Shown here: positions 48,414-62,835 of the stretch, in pieces
How the letters are laid out: each line of letters begins with the position of its first letter
Numbering within the stretch: the first letter of the stretch is position 1
Source of the DNA: Octopus vulgaris
Lineage: Eukaryota
Direction: 5' to 3'
Assembly (NCBI GenBank): GCA_951406725.2
Contig: OX597815.1
Location: forward strand, 138,012,001-138,076,000
DNA length: 64,000 nucleotides
Program-made: the position numbers and the translations under genes
Notes under the pieces: model-generated
Seen by the model: only the letters and a program-made list of their open reading frames with translations
Told to the model about the DNA's origin: nothing
The model's database searches: none

Positions 48414-48999
48414 ATGTTTTCAATACTGGCATTGGTAGGACGATTTGACCAGAGCTGGCAAGCTGGAGAGCTGCTCCAGGTTCCAGTCTGATTTGGCTTG
48501 GTTTCTATGACAGGATGCCCTTCCTAATGCCAACTACTTTACTGTGTGTGCTGGGTGCTCTTAACATTCTGAGTTTCAAATGTTAAAGGTAGCTGAGAAA
48601 TATATTTAATCATCTTCAGTACTCTGTTGATTCATATTATCTTTCTTGTACTCCTAAAACACAACTTTCACAATGTATTTTGTTTAACAACATCTGTTTT
48701 ATCACCGTCCACAAAACACCACTATTTAAAATATTTTTAAATTGGTGAAGATTAATATCACTTTATTTTTGAAATACTATTGTTTTATGTTGAGATAAGT
48801 ATCGATTGTATTATAACATGTACAGCATACTATTCTTGGCCATTCCAAATTATGATGCTTTCCATTTTAATTATGGTTTACTTTATCCCTATTTTGACCC
48901 TCAATGTTCCATCATTCCTTTTCTGCACCTAGTTGTTTTGTTAACTAGTATATGTAGTTAATTTCTTTAGAATCATTAATATTGTAAGTTTATGATATA

Positions 49000-49465
49000 G
49001 GCGTAGGAGTGGCTGTGTGGTAAGTAGCTTGTTTACGGACCACATGGTTCCGGGTTCAGTCCCACTGTGTGGCACCTTGGCAAGTGTCTTCTACTATAGC
49101 CTCGGGTCGACCAAAGCCTTGCGAGTGGATTTGGTAGACGGAAACTGAAAGAAGCCCGTCGTATATATGTATATATGTGTGTGTGTGTGTGTGTATATGT
49201 TTGTGTGTCTGTGTTTGTCCCCCCCAACATCACTTTTGATAAATGGAAACTGGGAAGCCCTGTGTGTGTGTGTGCTTGCACATGCACACTGTCTGGTGTG
49301 TTTACGTCACCGTAACTTAGCGGTTCGGCAAAAGCGACCAATAGAATAAGTACTAGGCTTACAAAGAATAAGTCCTGGGGTCGATTTGCTCGACTAAAGG
49401 TGGTGCTCCAGCATGGCCACAGTCAAATGACTGAAACAAGTAAAATAGTAAAATAGTAAATAGTA
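49000..49465 (+). mobile_element. tRNA-derived SINE (ggcgtaggagtggctgtgtggtaag family)
   Basis: A box tggctgtgtgg, B box gggttcagtccc, internal (TG)n, tail gactgaaacaagtaaaa; sister copies at 50015 and 55255. Confidence 0.85.
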
Positions 49466-50014
49466 TAGGTGCAGGCATGGCTGTTCAGTTAAGAGGTTCA
49501 CTTCAGACCCACATAGTTAAGGTTTCAATCCTTCTAGATGTTGTTGAATGGCATTTTATACTATAACTGCAAATTGACCAATACCTTATGGGTGAAATTG
49601 ATAGATGGAAACTGAAAAATCTTGACCTGTGTGTGTGTGTATACGTGTGCATGCACACGCGAGTAAGTTCATATTTCTCTTCATCTTCATGTGTGTTTGC
49701 TGATTGTAAACAAAAGTATCAGTATTCATACAGGGTTGTGCTGTGTTTTTGCAGTCTACTGCAAAAGCATGTCAGGGATTCTTGGAGATATTGCACGATG
49801 TTTGTAAATAAAGAATGCATTCAAATGATGCTGTTTGTTTCCAGTTCCCAATCTAACTTTATCCAAGCTGTTTGTTTTTCAGTGGGTGGGGATTATTACC
49901 TTGCTTAGAAACAGTTAGGGGTTGGCATCCAGAAGAGCATCCAGTTGTGGAAAACTCTGCTCTAACATAATTTTGTCTGACCTATACAAGCATGGAAAAA
50001 TAGACATTAAGATA

Positions 50015-50425
50015 GGCACAGGAGTGGCTGTGTGGTAAGTAGCTTGTTTACCAACCACATGGTTCCGGGTTCAGTCCCACTGCGTGGCACCTTGGGCAAG
50101 TGTCTTCTACTATAGCCTCAGGCCGACCAAAGCCGTGTGAGTGGATTTTGGTAGATGGAAACTGATAGAAGCCTGTCGTATATATGTATACATATATATG
50201 CATGTGTGTGTTTGTGTTTGTTCCCCTAGCATTGCTTGACAACCGATGCTGGTGTGTTTATGTCCCCGTTACTTAGCGGTTCGGCAAAAGAGACCGATAG
50301 AATAAGTACTGGGCTTACAAAAGAATAAGTCCCGGGGCCGAGTTGCTCGATTAAGGATGGTGCTCCAGCATGGCCGCAGTCAAATGACTGAAACAAATAA
50401 AAGAGTTAAAGAGAGTAAAGAGTAT
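50015..50425 (+). mobile_element. tRNA-derived SINE (same family as 49000)
   Basis: Colinear match to the 49000 copy. Confidence 0.85.
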
Positions 50426-50573
50426 AATGATGATGATGATGATTGTATTGATCTTATGAGACTTTTATTTTTTTAACAATGTTGAATATTATTTTATGAA
50501 ATTTATTTGATAAAGTTCTTTAATGCCATCCTTTTTAACATATTTCAAATTTCTGTTCATTGTCTTTTGGCAG

Positions 50574-50729
50574 GTGTCAATTTTGGAATCACTGGATAAG
50601 TCTGGTCAGTTGCTGTGTGTGGCCAACACCCATCTTTATTTCTATCCAACTGCTGATAACATACGTTTGATACAGATAGCTGTTTGTATGAAGCATATAG
50701 AACATATTATAGAAATGTACAAGAGCAAG
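50574..50729 (+). CDS. PDE12: PDE12 coding exon 5
   Basis: Acceptor cttttggcag; VSILES...LCVANTHLYFYPTADNIRLIQ ('ANTHL' motif); donor AAG|GTAAAT, phase 0. Confidence 0.95.
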
Positions 50730-51279
50730 GTAAATTATTGACACTTTTATAAGATTTTTTTCTATCTCTCAGATGATGTTTTATTATGTTGCTATTTTCT
50801 TGTTTTTTTTTTATTGTTATTCATTATTAATGAGATTCTGCCTAATTTTTTTTGTTCCTTATATGGAGTGATCAATTATCATTTCAAGATTTAATTGTTT
50901 GCTATCTGGTGGATCTTTCTATATCTGGATGCCCTTCCTGTCACTCCCTTTATCTGTTTCCAAGTAAATATTTCCTCATAACAATGTTTTCACAGATGAT
51001 CGAAATGAAAGGCATCACTCGCATGATGGTGACACTCATTTACAACTACCACATGATGTGAAGGCAAGGAAACAGTAGCACACAAGCACACATACATACA
51101 CACATGAGAGCTTCTTTCAGTATCCATCTACTAAATCCACACAAGGCTTTGGTTGGCCTTAGGCTGTAATAGAAGACACTTGCCCAAGGTGCCACTGTGT
51201 GGGACTGAATCCAAAACAATGTGGTTGGGAAGCAAACTTCATACCAACAGCCTTAATTGCTGTAGAAATTGAAAGATTA

Positions 51280-52240
51280 ACATTTGTCAAGGAAAGGGGC
51301 TAGATCTTGAGCACACTGTTTGAAGGTAATGGAGTGGATTTTGTTAGGACTAGTTTCCTTGTTTGTTTGGCAACTGCGTATTTGTGGTGGTGAGATGAGT
51401 GGAGTAGGAGAGTTTGGGAGCAGTTTTGTTGTCTGAGTCCAGTGTGGAGTTTGAAGCCAGATAGGCAGAAAATGTAGTGGCTTTATCTTTAGGACTTCTA
51501 TACAGAGAGCCATCTTAACTGTGAATTGGCAGCTAAGAGGATTCTACAAAGTTAGTAGTGATTCCTACTGGAGATGGATAAGAAGTTTTGGCTTTAATGT
51601 AGGAAGTGAAAGAACTAGCAGGTCATATGATGCATGAAAGTATTGCTTGCATTCTTGATGGTCTTCTGGTATTGTTCTTTGTTTGTACTGCTGTTGCACA
51701 GTTTTACATGACCACTGGGGATGTGTGAAGTTGTAGGATTTGGTCTTATGATGGGGTGTAATAAGATATGCATAGGTATTGGTTACCTGCTTAACTGTCT
51801 TGTATCATTCAAATACAAAGCACTTTAACTGTCATGAGTATTCCTGCAAGAACTGGCAGCATTCAAAACAGTGTTTCAAAGTGGTATGTTGTTGAAAATG
51901 TGAGGTGTGTAGTTGTGGGCAATAGCTGATCTGATTGGGACAGAGAGGATGATAGTTGTGGGAGGGGCTTAGAAATGAGAAAGAAGTTAGAGTGTTTTGA
52001 AAGTTGGTGTTAGGTCAGACATATGGAATACTTGCTAATGTGTTTTTATAACAAGCGATTTGACTTCTTTGCTAGTGCTATTAGCGTGGAAAGAATTTGA
52101 GAGTCAAGAGGAACTGTGTGCCTTAAAGCTGATGACTTCAGAGACAGATGAGGTGAAATAGCTTCAAATGCTGGTACTTGACTTGAGATGATCAGTTATC
52201 TGTAGCCAGATGTTTTGAAAATTGCATGATTCTAACAGGA
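51280..52240 (-). mobile_element. Highly decayed LINE ORF2 fragment (CR1/L2/Jockey-like)
   Basis: TSPNKIHSITFKQCAQDLAPFL resembles the pre-RT 'GPDxI...LKxCA..LA..L' motif; boundaries approximate. Confidence 0.45.
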
Positions 52241-52999
52241 TGATAAACATGCATACACACACAAAAAAACAGAAAACAAAAAAACCCCAAAAAACCCCAT
52301 AAAATCATTGGCAAACATTAGAGTAGGAAATTAAATGTGCAAGTGAAGTATATCAAACAATGTTAAAAACTATTTTTCTTCCAGCCAGTCAATTAGTTAT
52401 CTATCAACACTTGTTATTTACCTCTTTTCATGTGGACTATATTGCTACTTGCTTATTCTTGAACAAGATGTAACATTGGAATGTAGACTGTTTGTTCTTT
52501 CATTTATCCAACCATCTCTTTATTTGTCACCTTTTAATATTATAAATTATTCAAAACAAGCTAGTGTGATCAATTTAAGAAATAATGATTTTTTTCTTAT
52601 GTGGAAGGCAGGCAGATTAGCTCTGCCAACATCAAAGGAGTTAAAATATTAAGTTTCATCTGTTTATATACTTTTGTTTATTGTACTAGTTAACCATTTA
52701 CTCTGTGACTAATGAATTATTGCATGGATCTAAGTATTCAAGGAGTGAGACATACAATATCCCGTAAGTCAGACTGTCCCATGGCCCCTGCAGACACAAT
52801 GGAAAAGGCATTGCCCTAGAGGACAGTGAGAGAGATGTGCTTTCTTATGCATATGACCATTTTCATAGAGAAGAAAGTATATAAATGAATGTCTCACTTA
52901 TATTAGTATGAAGTTATGAATTTGAGTGTCTACAGTATTGGGTCATTTAAGTCTGAAATGTGATGTACTGATTAGAGCTTGGCCCTTTACCAGTTGTTA

Positions 53000-53126
53000 A
53001 ACCAGTTATAATATTGATCCAACAAACTGGTAATAATATTGATCCAACAAACCAGTAATAATATTCATCCAACAAACCAGTAATAATATTCATCCAACAA
53101 GCTGGTAGTAATATTGATCCAACAAA
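53000..53126. repeat. Minisatellite, 5 x 25 bp (aaccagtaataatattgatccaaca)
   Basis: Direct reading of sequence. Confidence 0.9.
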
Positions 53127-53275
53127 TTTTATTCAGTATCAGTTCCTTGATGTGAGAACTCTCAAAGTAGTTCTATTTTTATTGCTTGTTTACTTTAACA
53201 TAAATTAACTTATCCAAGATAATTTAACATAAACAACACAAATAATGGTCTCTTATTATTTCTTTTTTTTCTTAG

Positions 53276-53387
53276 GGTCAAAATATATCATTAGTTTTCT
53301 GTGGTGATTTCAACAGTGATCCTGAGCGGGGAGTGAATTTATTTATGACAACAGGAAGCATAGCAGCAGATTTTAAAGAATGGAAAT
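53276..53387 (+). CDS. PDE12: PDE12 coding exon 6
   Basis: Acceptor tttttttcttag; GQNISLVFCGDFNSDPERG...EWK (catalytic GDFN); donor T|GTAATG is the phase-1 option needed to join exon 7. Confidence 0.88.
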
Positions 53388-54057
53388 GTAATGTATATAT
53401 TTTCACATATACACACGTATATGTTAATTAATTCTGATTTAAAATTAAAAGTAAGAAAAGAATTAAAAAAATTTGATGTGGTACTTGAAATATGAGGTAA
53501 AGTGATGGTTTGTGAATGAGATAGATTCTTGAAGGGAAAACGTTATAAACGTGGTTGTAGAACTTGCCATAACATAAATGCTGTCGAACCAACAATTTGA
53601 AAGCAAGGGAAGTTATTCATGCTTAAGTTTCTTACGTGGTCAACAAAAATTGTAGGTTTCCAGGTATTTATTTACTTATTAACAGTATTTCTAAACTAAT
53701 TTCTATTTTTTCTGTCTTGAATGTAGAAAATGCTCTATTTAGTTATTTAAAAAAAAAAAAAAAACTTTGATAATACACTGTGAAAACTATTTAATTTTTG
53801 TAATTATTTTATTAATATAATTTATTTTATTAATATAATATCTCTGTACGATAGATTTCAGTTAAAGTGAAGTCTTGCTTATATATAATCTTGATTTTAA
53901 AAAGATCATACTTTATTAATGTTTATCAGATAAAATGTTAGGTATTTAACATAGTAATATATCAGCTTGACAACCATTTTCTCATTCTGAAATAAGCTGG
54001 ACAAATCTGCAATACAATTGCTTTTCATTTATCATGATCTTATATCATCTGATATAT

Positions 54058-54290
54058 CATCATCATCATCATTTAGCATCCGCTTTCCATGCTAGCATGG
54101 GTTGGACGGTTCAACTGGGGTCTGGGAAGCCAGAAGGCTGCATGAGGCCCAGTCTGATCTGGCAGTGTTTCTACGGCTGGATGCCCTTCTTAATGCCAAC
54201 CACTCCGTGAGTGTAGTGGATGCTTTTTACGTACCACCCGCACAGGTGCCAGACGGGGCTGGCAAACGGCCATGGTGCTTTTTACGTGCC
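54058..54290 (-). mobile_element. (GAT)n-tailed SINE, truncated
   Basis: Same family as 1658, 28185 and 43006. Confidence 0.8.
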
Positions 54291-54448
54291 AAAATCTAAT
54301 TTTCTAAGATCTGTTCTAACAATTTTATAATTTTATCTTGTGCCAGTCATTTCACCCAGCATAAAATAGTCATATGTATTAAATACTTGTGAAATTATCT
54401 TTTCTTTAGCTCACTTGTATTTGAATCTATTTACCTAGCTCACTTCGT

Positions 54449-54489
<41 letters not shown>

Positions 54490-54661
54490 AAAAAAAGAAA
54501 ATGGAGGGGATACAAAAATGACATGCATCAGCCAGTAGACATTCTATTGTGTCTATTTATTCTAAAACATAAAACATAAGGAAATATTATAAGAATGCAT
54601 ACACAGGCAAAGATTGTGTGTTACACACATATGTACTAGTAATACATAAAAAAGTAAAGGA

Positions 54662-54786
54662 TTAGTTCCTTACAGCCGTTTCTGCCAAGAGGCCATGATA
54701 TTCTCCATGCTATCCAGTGTTCTGTAGGGATGGGGAGATAAAGTTTGGATGTTGAGTGTGCCTCTAGGCTTCTTCAGAGGGACTAA
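54662..54786 (-). ncRNA. Type I hammerhead-like motif with extended stem II (second family)
   Basis: Minus strand: ttagtccct-CTGAAGA-a-gcctagaggc...gcctcttggc-a-GAAA-C-GGCT-GTA-aggaactaa; stem I pairs 8 of 9 bp. Confidence 0.7.
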
Positions 54787-55254
54787 ATGGTTAGGAGAGC
54801 CAATACATACAAGAATCAGTTACCAATAGGTACAGTATATTTTTCTTATTGAAGAGGGCATAAGAAGAATAGGACCAAAACTCAGAGTGTGAGAGGAGTA
54901 TAACTTAGTAAAATGGATTAGGTATAGGAAAGGGAAATAAGTCATAGACTTCAAGTGTTGCCTTTCAAGATTCATGTTCTTTGTCCAGTGGTGGATAGGT
55001 AGGTATATTTGTTCTAAAGATGAGTTTTTAGGAAGGGTAAATTTAGGCAGTGGTTCATATTTTGTTTGCATATAAATACATGTTATGTTTACAGTGGTAG
55101 GTTTGAAAGTATGGTCCGTGTTTTGGAGGTGAAAGTTTATATGTAGGATGCCAGCTGGTACTAAAGAGAGTATGGCACCAGGTGATGACCAAAGTACAGT
55201 GTCCGTGTTTGTTATTCTTTCTATCAACAATATAAGCGCAGTAGTGGTTGTGTG

Positions 55255-55380
55255 CAACCACATGGTTCCGGGTTCAGTCCCACTGCGTGGCATCTTGGGC
55301 AAGTGTCTTCTGCTATAGCCTCGGGCCAGCCAATGCCTTGTGAGTGGATTTGGTAGACGGAAACTGAAAGAAGCTTGTCT

Positions 55381-55419
<39 letters not shown>

Positions 55420-55630
55420 ATATGTTTGTGTGTCTGTGTTTGTACCCCCCTAGCATTGCTTGATAACCGATGCTGGTGTGTTTACGTCCCTGTCACTTAG
55501 CGGTTCGGCAAAAGAGACCAATAGAATAGGTACTGGGCTTACAAAGAATAAGTCCTGGGGTCGATTTGCTCGACTAAAAGCAGTGCTCCAGCATAGCTGC
55601 AGTCAAATGACTGAAACAAGTAAATGAGTA
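55255..55630 (+). mobile_element. tRNA-derived SINE (same family as 49000), 5' end clipped
   Basis: caaccacatggttccgggttcagtcccactgcgtggc...gactgaaacaagtaaa. Confidence 0.85.
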
Positions 55631-55693
55631 AGTCCCTCTATGTCACATAAATAAAACTTATGAGTAATGAGTATTTTAGTTCTTTATGACAGA

Positions 55694-56132
55694 CTAGTAG
55701 CATAGTCCGGCATTGCCCGGGTATGTAAGAGCCCCTAGTAGGCAACGGCTAATCCCAATCGGGTCCTTTCTCTCTAGGGAACGAAGGCGCATGTGTAGGT
55801 TGCAATGTCTTCTCTTCACTCGAATACTTCTGTGTATACGATGTTCCTAGCTGTCCCTTTGGGCGATAAAAAGGTCGAGTTGTGTCCCCTAGACAGAAAA
55901 TGTGTTGCATATAAAAAGCTTAGATTCTCGACCCCATGTCGAATTTATCGATTTTTTCAGAACTGGGGGAACTTTTCAAAATTTTCGCTGCGTCAGTTTT
56001 GAATTATGACATTGGGCTATATGTGTGTCAAGTTTCATCAGAATCGGTTGAAAGCCGTGGTCAGGGTGAGGGTACAACCTGACAGACACACAGACACACA
56101 GACAGACAAACTGCCGTTTATATATAGAGAGA
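55694..56132 (-). mobile_element. Short non-autonomous Helitron
   Basis: Minus strand 5' TC at 56132 followed by tatata and (CTGT)n; GC hairpin ccgg...ccgg near 3' CTAG at 55697-55694; A|T target. Confidence 0.7.
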
Positions 56133-56640
56133 TATTCATTACATTTAAATCTTTAGTTTTCTCTCAGTTTTTTCTGTAACTGCATCTTTTTACTACCAAT
56201 TTCTTGCATTAACTCTTTGTTATTCAGACTATTCTGTCAGATGTAATACTTATTTATTTTCATTGTTGTGAATTAATCTTGCATTACCTTGTTGCTTTGA
56301 GATTTCAATGATGTAATTGTTTATTTTGAGAATGACATTGTACAATAGTTGTGTGAGGCTGGATCTGGCCAATTTTGACTGCATATGACCTATTTAAATG
56401 CTAAACGGTTTAATACTCAATTTTATGGTAATATTTGAGTTGTAAATGGGTCCACAGAATTCCCAATTGTATTTGAGTTCACAGAATTCTCTTATAATCA
56501 TGTTATAAATGAATCCACAAAAATTTCCAACTACATTTGAGATATAACTGAGTCCATGGATTTCTCAATTATAATTGAGTCTTTTTTTGCAATGTATCAA
56601 CGTATTCTGTTGATTAATGTTTTTTCATTTTTTGTTTCAG

Positions 56641-56909
56641 TAAATGGAAGTACGGATTCTATTTTGGGAATGAATTTGAATCACTTCTTGTCTCTGTCCA
56701 GTGGCTGTGGTTACCCGGTTTATACGAATTATGTTGGTGGTTTCAACGCTACTTTGGACTACATCTTTTATGACAACACATGTTTTGACGTGGCAGAAGT
56801 GGTTCCATTGCCTGATGATAGTGAAGTCGTACTGCATACAGCATTGCCCAGTGTTGTGTTCCCTTCAGATCACATTGCCCAAATATGTACTCTAAAGTGG
56901 AAGCAATAA
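56641..56909 (+). CDS. PDE12: PDE12 coding exon 7 (terminal)
   Basis: Acceptor tttgtttcag; NGS...YTNYVGGFNATLDYIFYD...ALPSVVFPSDHIAQICTLKWKQ, stop TAA 56907-56909; matches the PDE12 C-terminus. Confidence 0.95.
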
Positions 56910-57012
56910 TGTTTTGAAACTTTATAAAAATTTCTGAAAGTAACTGTAAATGTTTTCTATTTATACTTTAAATACATGAAAATTCAGTTGAGTGTTGAAA
57001 TTATTATTATTA

Positions 57013-57056
<44 letters not shown>

Positions 57057-57149
57057 ATTATTGTTATTGTTATTATTATTATTATTGTTATTATTATTAT
57101 GATTATTATCTATTATTATTATTATGATTATTATCTATCATTATTATTA

Positions 57150-57627
57150 AGGTGGCAAGCTGACAGAGTTGTTAGCATGCTGGACTAAATGCTTAGTTGT
57201 ATTTCATCCATTTTTATGTTGTGAGTTCAAATTCCAGTTAGGTCAACTTTGCCTTTCATCCTTTCGGGGGTTGATAAAATAAGTACCAGTTGAGTACTGG
57301 GGTTAATGTAATTGACTTTCCCTTCCCCTCAAAATTTTAGGTCTTATGCTTATAGTAGAAAGGAAAGGATTATTATTATTATTATTATTATTAAGGCGGC
57401 GAGCTGGCAGAATCGTTAGCATGCTGTGTGAAATGCTTAGCAGCATTTCGTTCGTTTTTACATTCTGAATTCAAATTCTGCTGAGGTTGACTCTGCCTTT
57501 CATCCTTTCGGGGTCAATAAATTAAGTACCAGTGAAACACTGTGGTCGATGTAATCGACTGTCCCCCTCCCACAAACTTCAGGCCTTGTGCCTTTAGTAG
57601 AAAGAATTATTATTATTATCATTATCA

Positions 57628-57673
<46 letters not shown>

Positions 57674-57680
57674 TATTTTT
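57150..57680 (+). mobile_element. Two tandem tRNA-derived SINEs with (TTA)n tails just downstream of the PDE12 stop
   Basis: Heads ggtggcaagctgacagag (57151) and ggcggcgagctggcagaa (57395), shared gcctttcatcctttcgggg core. Confidence 0.85.
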
Positions 57681-60501
57681 TTTGCGAAACTTCCACTCTC
57701 CATTTATTGAGCAGGGAACAATTCTGTTTTGTTCAAAAGTTGTTTTACTATGTTTGAATAATTATTTTTAAATCATTATGTATGGAATTTATTTCCTTTC
57801 TGATGGCTTATTGGATGAAAGTGCTGATGAAAATGCATCACTTTTCTCCATTGATATAATTTATCTTAAAGAGTTCCTGAAGATGAGGAAAATGTTGTTA
57901 ATAATTCTGAACTAAATCTGTTTATTAGTGTCACATCGCACACTTGCTTACATTATGATGTGTAAACACCATGAACAGCCTTGTAACTTGGCTGGAATTA
58001 GAATTCTACCAAGAAAAGTAAAAGTAACAGGTCTGTTTTTCTATATCTGTGATATATCACAACGAAACTAGAAGACTAATTTTTGGAAGAATCTGTTGAA
58101 TTATCCAGTTAGGAGTAAGGTTGTATTTCTTTTGACAGTCATTTTTTTTTATTTGTCTATCTACCATTTCAAAGGAGAAATTTTGTTACCAAAAATTGTA
58201 TTTGATTTAAATTTAAAATGTTTTCCTTTGATGTTTACTTTGATGTGGTTTTTATTTACTTACATTTTTATCTTTGGCATTATATATGTATATATTTTTG
58301 AGATTTTTAGTTTTTTTTTCTTCCACAATGTATGGTATTTACATAACATTTTTTTTATTTCTGAGGTTGTGAGAAACTGCTTTTGACATGTCTTCTGACT
58401 GATTTTAGTAATTATCTTAAGATGCAACACACAAAATGATATGTGAGTTTATTAGAATATGACATCACATTGCTGTGCCTCATCTTTTAGATCTATATTT
58501 CCTTTTATTGATTTATCAAGTATTGTAAGACATCATCTACTTACATTAGGTTTCCATGATACAAAGAAATCTACAATTGTCAGAAGGATTAGTCTCTAAA
58601 AAACACAAGACACTCTTTAATGAAATTTTGTTTGTTTGAATTGATTTGTGATATTGTTCTTTTTCAAAATCAGTACTTAAAGGGAAAAATGAAAACGAGG
58701 TTTGACCATATCAATTTGGAATGGTCAGTAAATACCTAATATTTCACTTAATCTAATACATATCAAATGTACTTATCCGGATTAGAAACTTTGATAAAAT
58801 TGTTCCATTTTTTGTCTCCTTTGTCCATTACTTATGATACTATAATCACAAGTGTTTAAAGTTTTTGGAAATATGCTTTGTATCAATTTTCCGGAATTAA
58901 TTTTAGCTAAAACTTTTTTTCTACACTTTGCCATTGATTTTTTGAAATGGCTAAATGCTGCTGTTATTTGTCTGATGTTAATGGCTGCCCCAAAAGTATG
59001 ATTTGATTGATTCTATTCAGGTTTAACTGGTTATGTTAAATTTACTTGCTCTTCCGCTTTTATCAAAGATAACTTTTTGGTCTGAATGCTGTATAATTTT
59101 TACCACTTTTATTGAGGAAAGTATTTCTATGTGAATTTAAAATATTTTCTGTTGTTTGTCAGAGTTTATTGTATTGACTATGAATGTGTGTTTATATCCA
59201 TCTGTTGGAATAATTAAGGAGTTCTTCATGTTTATGAAGTATTGAATTTTGTCAAAAGAAGGCAGTTGTTTCTGTCTTGTAGTAGTTGAAACTGTAGAAT
59301 CAAAATTCTGCAAAATCTTTGTATTGAGTCTATAGTTCATTGCTGGTAAGTAAACTAAGAGTCATACAACTAAGTTGAAAATTACATGAGATTCTTAGAA
59401 TTCCTGTAGAAGAATATAATTACATATTTGCGAAGTGTTCTGTGTTCTGTATTTTCGAGCTTCATCTTTAAAAATACAGTGGTTATCTCTTTGCTACAAC
59501 TTGTAATATAACAAAAAATGAGTAAGAGGAAGAAACAAGAAAAAAGGTACATGTATTTATTATCTGAATAGCATTATGTATTCTTTTATGTCAGAACAAT
59601 GATACTAATTTCATTGGCACCCTTTGCATTACTGGCATTTTTCTTACATCAAAGGGATCTTTATTCCTTTAACAGGATGCCAACATTTGTGAGGAGTGAA
59701 CTTTTGTAAATAAAATCCAGTCAATGAATATAGAGACTGAGAGGAAGTTGTAGTTTTCAGATTAAGGGATGATATTAGAAAATATCTGCTTCTAAAATTA
59801 ACTCATTTCTTGTGATAGCTGAAGTGATATGACTATAGTAATGATTGGTTATCAGGGTAACTTTTAGCCAAGAAAAATCTCATGAAGTGGTAGTTTGATC
59901 ATGAGCTAAAATATATGGTATTCGTATAAAAAAAAATCTGGAAGGAAGCCATTGTTTTAACATAATATCCAACATATTTAAATATTGAATGATGGCCATT
60001 AAATCTATTATAATATTCTTCATATTATCACTGATAAATTTTATTCCCACTGATCTTTGTATCCAGCACAGCAAAGCTTTTCACTTATCATTACTTTTGA
60101 GCAGAATATTTAAATATTTATTCTAGTCATACTATGAAAGATATCTTTATCTTTAACCTCAATATTTTCCCAATCTATACTTCCACCTTCTGCATCAAAA
60201 TAATAATATTTTATTTATCTCAATTTGCAGTTTTTATGTTAATGACTGATGCAAATTGTTTTAGTTGAGTTTTATTTTGAAAGGCCCTCCAAGACTATTA
60301 TTATTGGAAAGTATTTAAATTTACAACTAACTTCTTTATTATATTTAAATGTATGCAATTCTTTCTTAGGTCTCTTATTATTGTTTTACTGTAAATGTTT
60401 CTCCTTAAAGTATTCTAAATTTTAAATTGTCTTTTGCTTGTTTTAAGTGAAAATTTGTATGAGTGACAAAAAATATATACATATATGGAAACATAATTTA
60501 A

Positions 60502-60619
60502 TGACACTGAATTTTCATCTGGTGACTTCAGTTTCGTGTCACTGTGATCTTCAGATGAAAACTTGTCTAGAGATTACAGTAGTATGAAACTTAAATCACA
60601 AGACAAAAATCCAGTTTCA
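60502..60619. repeat. Diverged head-to-head pair of hammerhead-like motifs
   Basis: Minus arm CTGAAGA-tcacagtgacac-GAAA-CTgaAG-TC-acca; plus arm ttgt-CTAGAGA-ttacagtagtat-GAAA-cttaaatc-acaa. Confidence 0.5.
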
Positions 60620-60694
60620 ATAAACTGTAAACTCTACACCCTGTATTGAGCACTGCTCTTATTTGTTTGACACAATTCAATGTTTGTGGATGTC

Positions 60695-61695
<1,001 letters not shown>

Positions 61696-62449
61696 TGCTA
61701 ATAATATATGTAATGAAGCAATTTCTATTTTAAAACACTATGTTTGAGCACTGTATTAATTCCAAAATTTGATAACTGACACTTTTTGTCTAACCTCATC
61801 TTTATAAAATATTCATTTACATGATAACACTGTTGATGAAGTGTGAAGTCAACACAATCAATTTTGATTTTAACTTTTAATATGTCAGTAGAAAACCAAA
61901 ACTTATCTCTGCCATCCATTGTAACTAATTTCTGCTTTAATAGTTTAGGAAAATTTAGAACTAGTTTTTGCTATTTCAGACAACAAAGTAAACATTTTTA
62001 TAATGATTTTGCAAAATGGACACGTAAAAAAAAAATCAACACATATCTTTTAAACAATTCTAACTGCTGAATTATTTGTAGCCATATTTGGTTAATGTTG
62101 TTCATATTTTAGGTAGGGTAGTATATTTTGTCATCCTGTTTCTTATAGCTCACATTTCTGTAATAACCTACTCACACACACATGCACATGTATGATTTTA
62201 CTCACACATATACACACACACCACATATATGTAACTTTACACACTACTTCACTAATTTGAACTGCTTAAAATCCTGGTGATAGTTGAAGAGTAAATTCCA
62301 AGGTAGGCTTAGTCATATTTATTGATACACATTAAAATCTGAATTTTTATACTCCACATGTCTCTCTCTCAATTACATTTCTACTTTTTTAACATTTCTA
62401 CTTATAAACTACTTGATGATATATTTATAATATGGCATATTTATTTATA

Positions 62450-62802
62450 CATACATACATACATGCATGCATGCATGCATGCATGCATGCATACATACAT
62501 ACATACATAAATAAAAACAGACAGACAGGCACACCTTCAAAATATGGCATGTATGCATATATTACATTAATGCATAAACTTACATATATAATGAAAATAT
62601 GTACATACATACATGCTTGCCTATATGGATATATAAGCACATAGATACCTGTATAAATATATAAGCACATACATACATACATACACACACATACACACAT
62701 TCACGCACACACATACATACATACATACATACATACATACACACATTCACACACACGTACATACATACATACACACATTCACACACACATGCATGCATAC
62801 AT

Positions 62803-62835
<33 letters not shown>

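Noticed and set aside
53000-53126. Possible CRISPR-like array
   Set aside because: Units are contiguous with no unique spacers; eukaryotic context; no cas genes.
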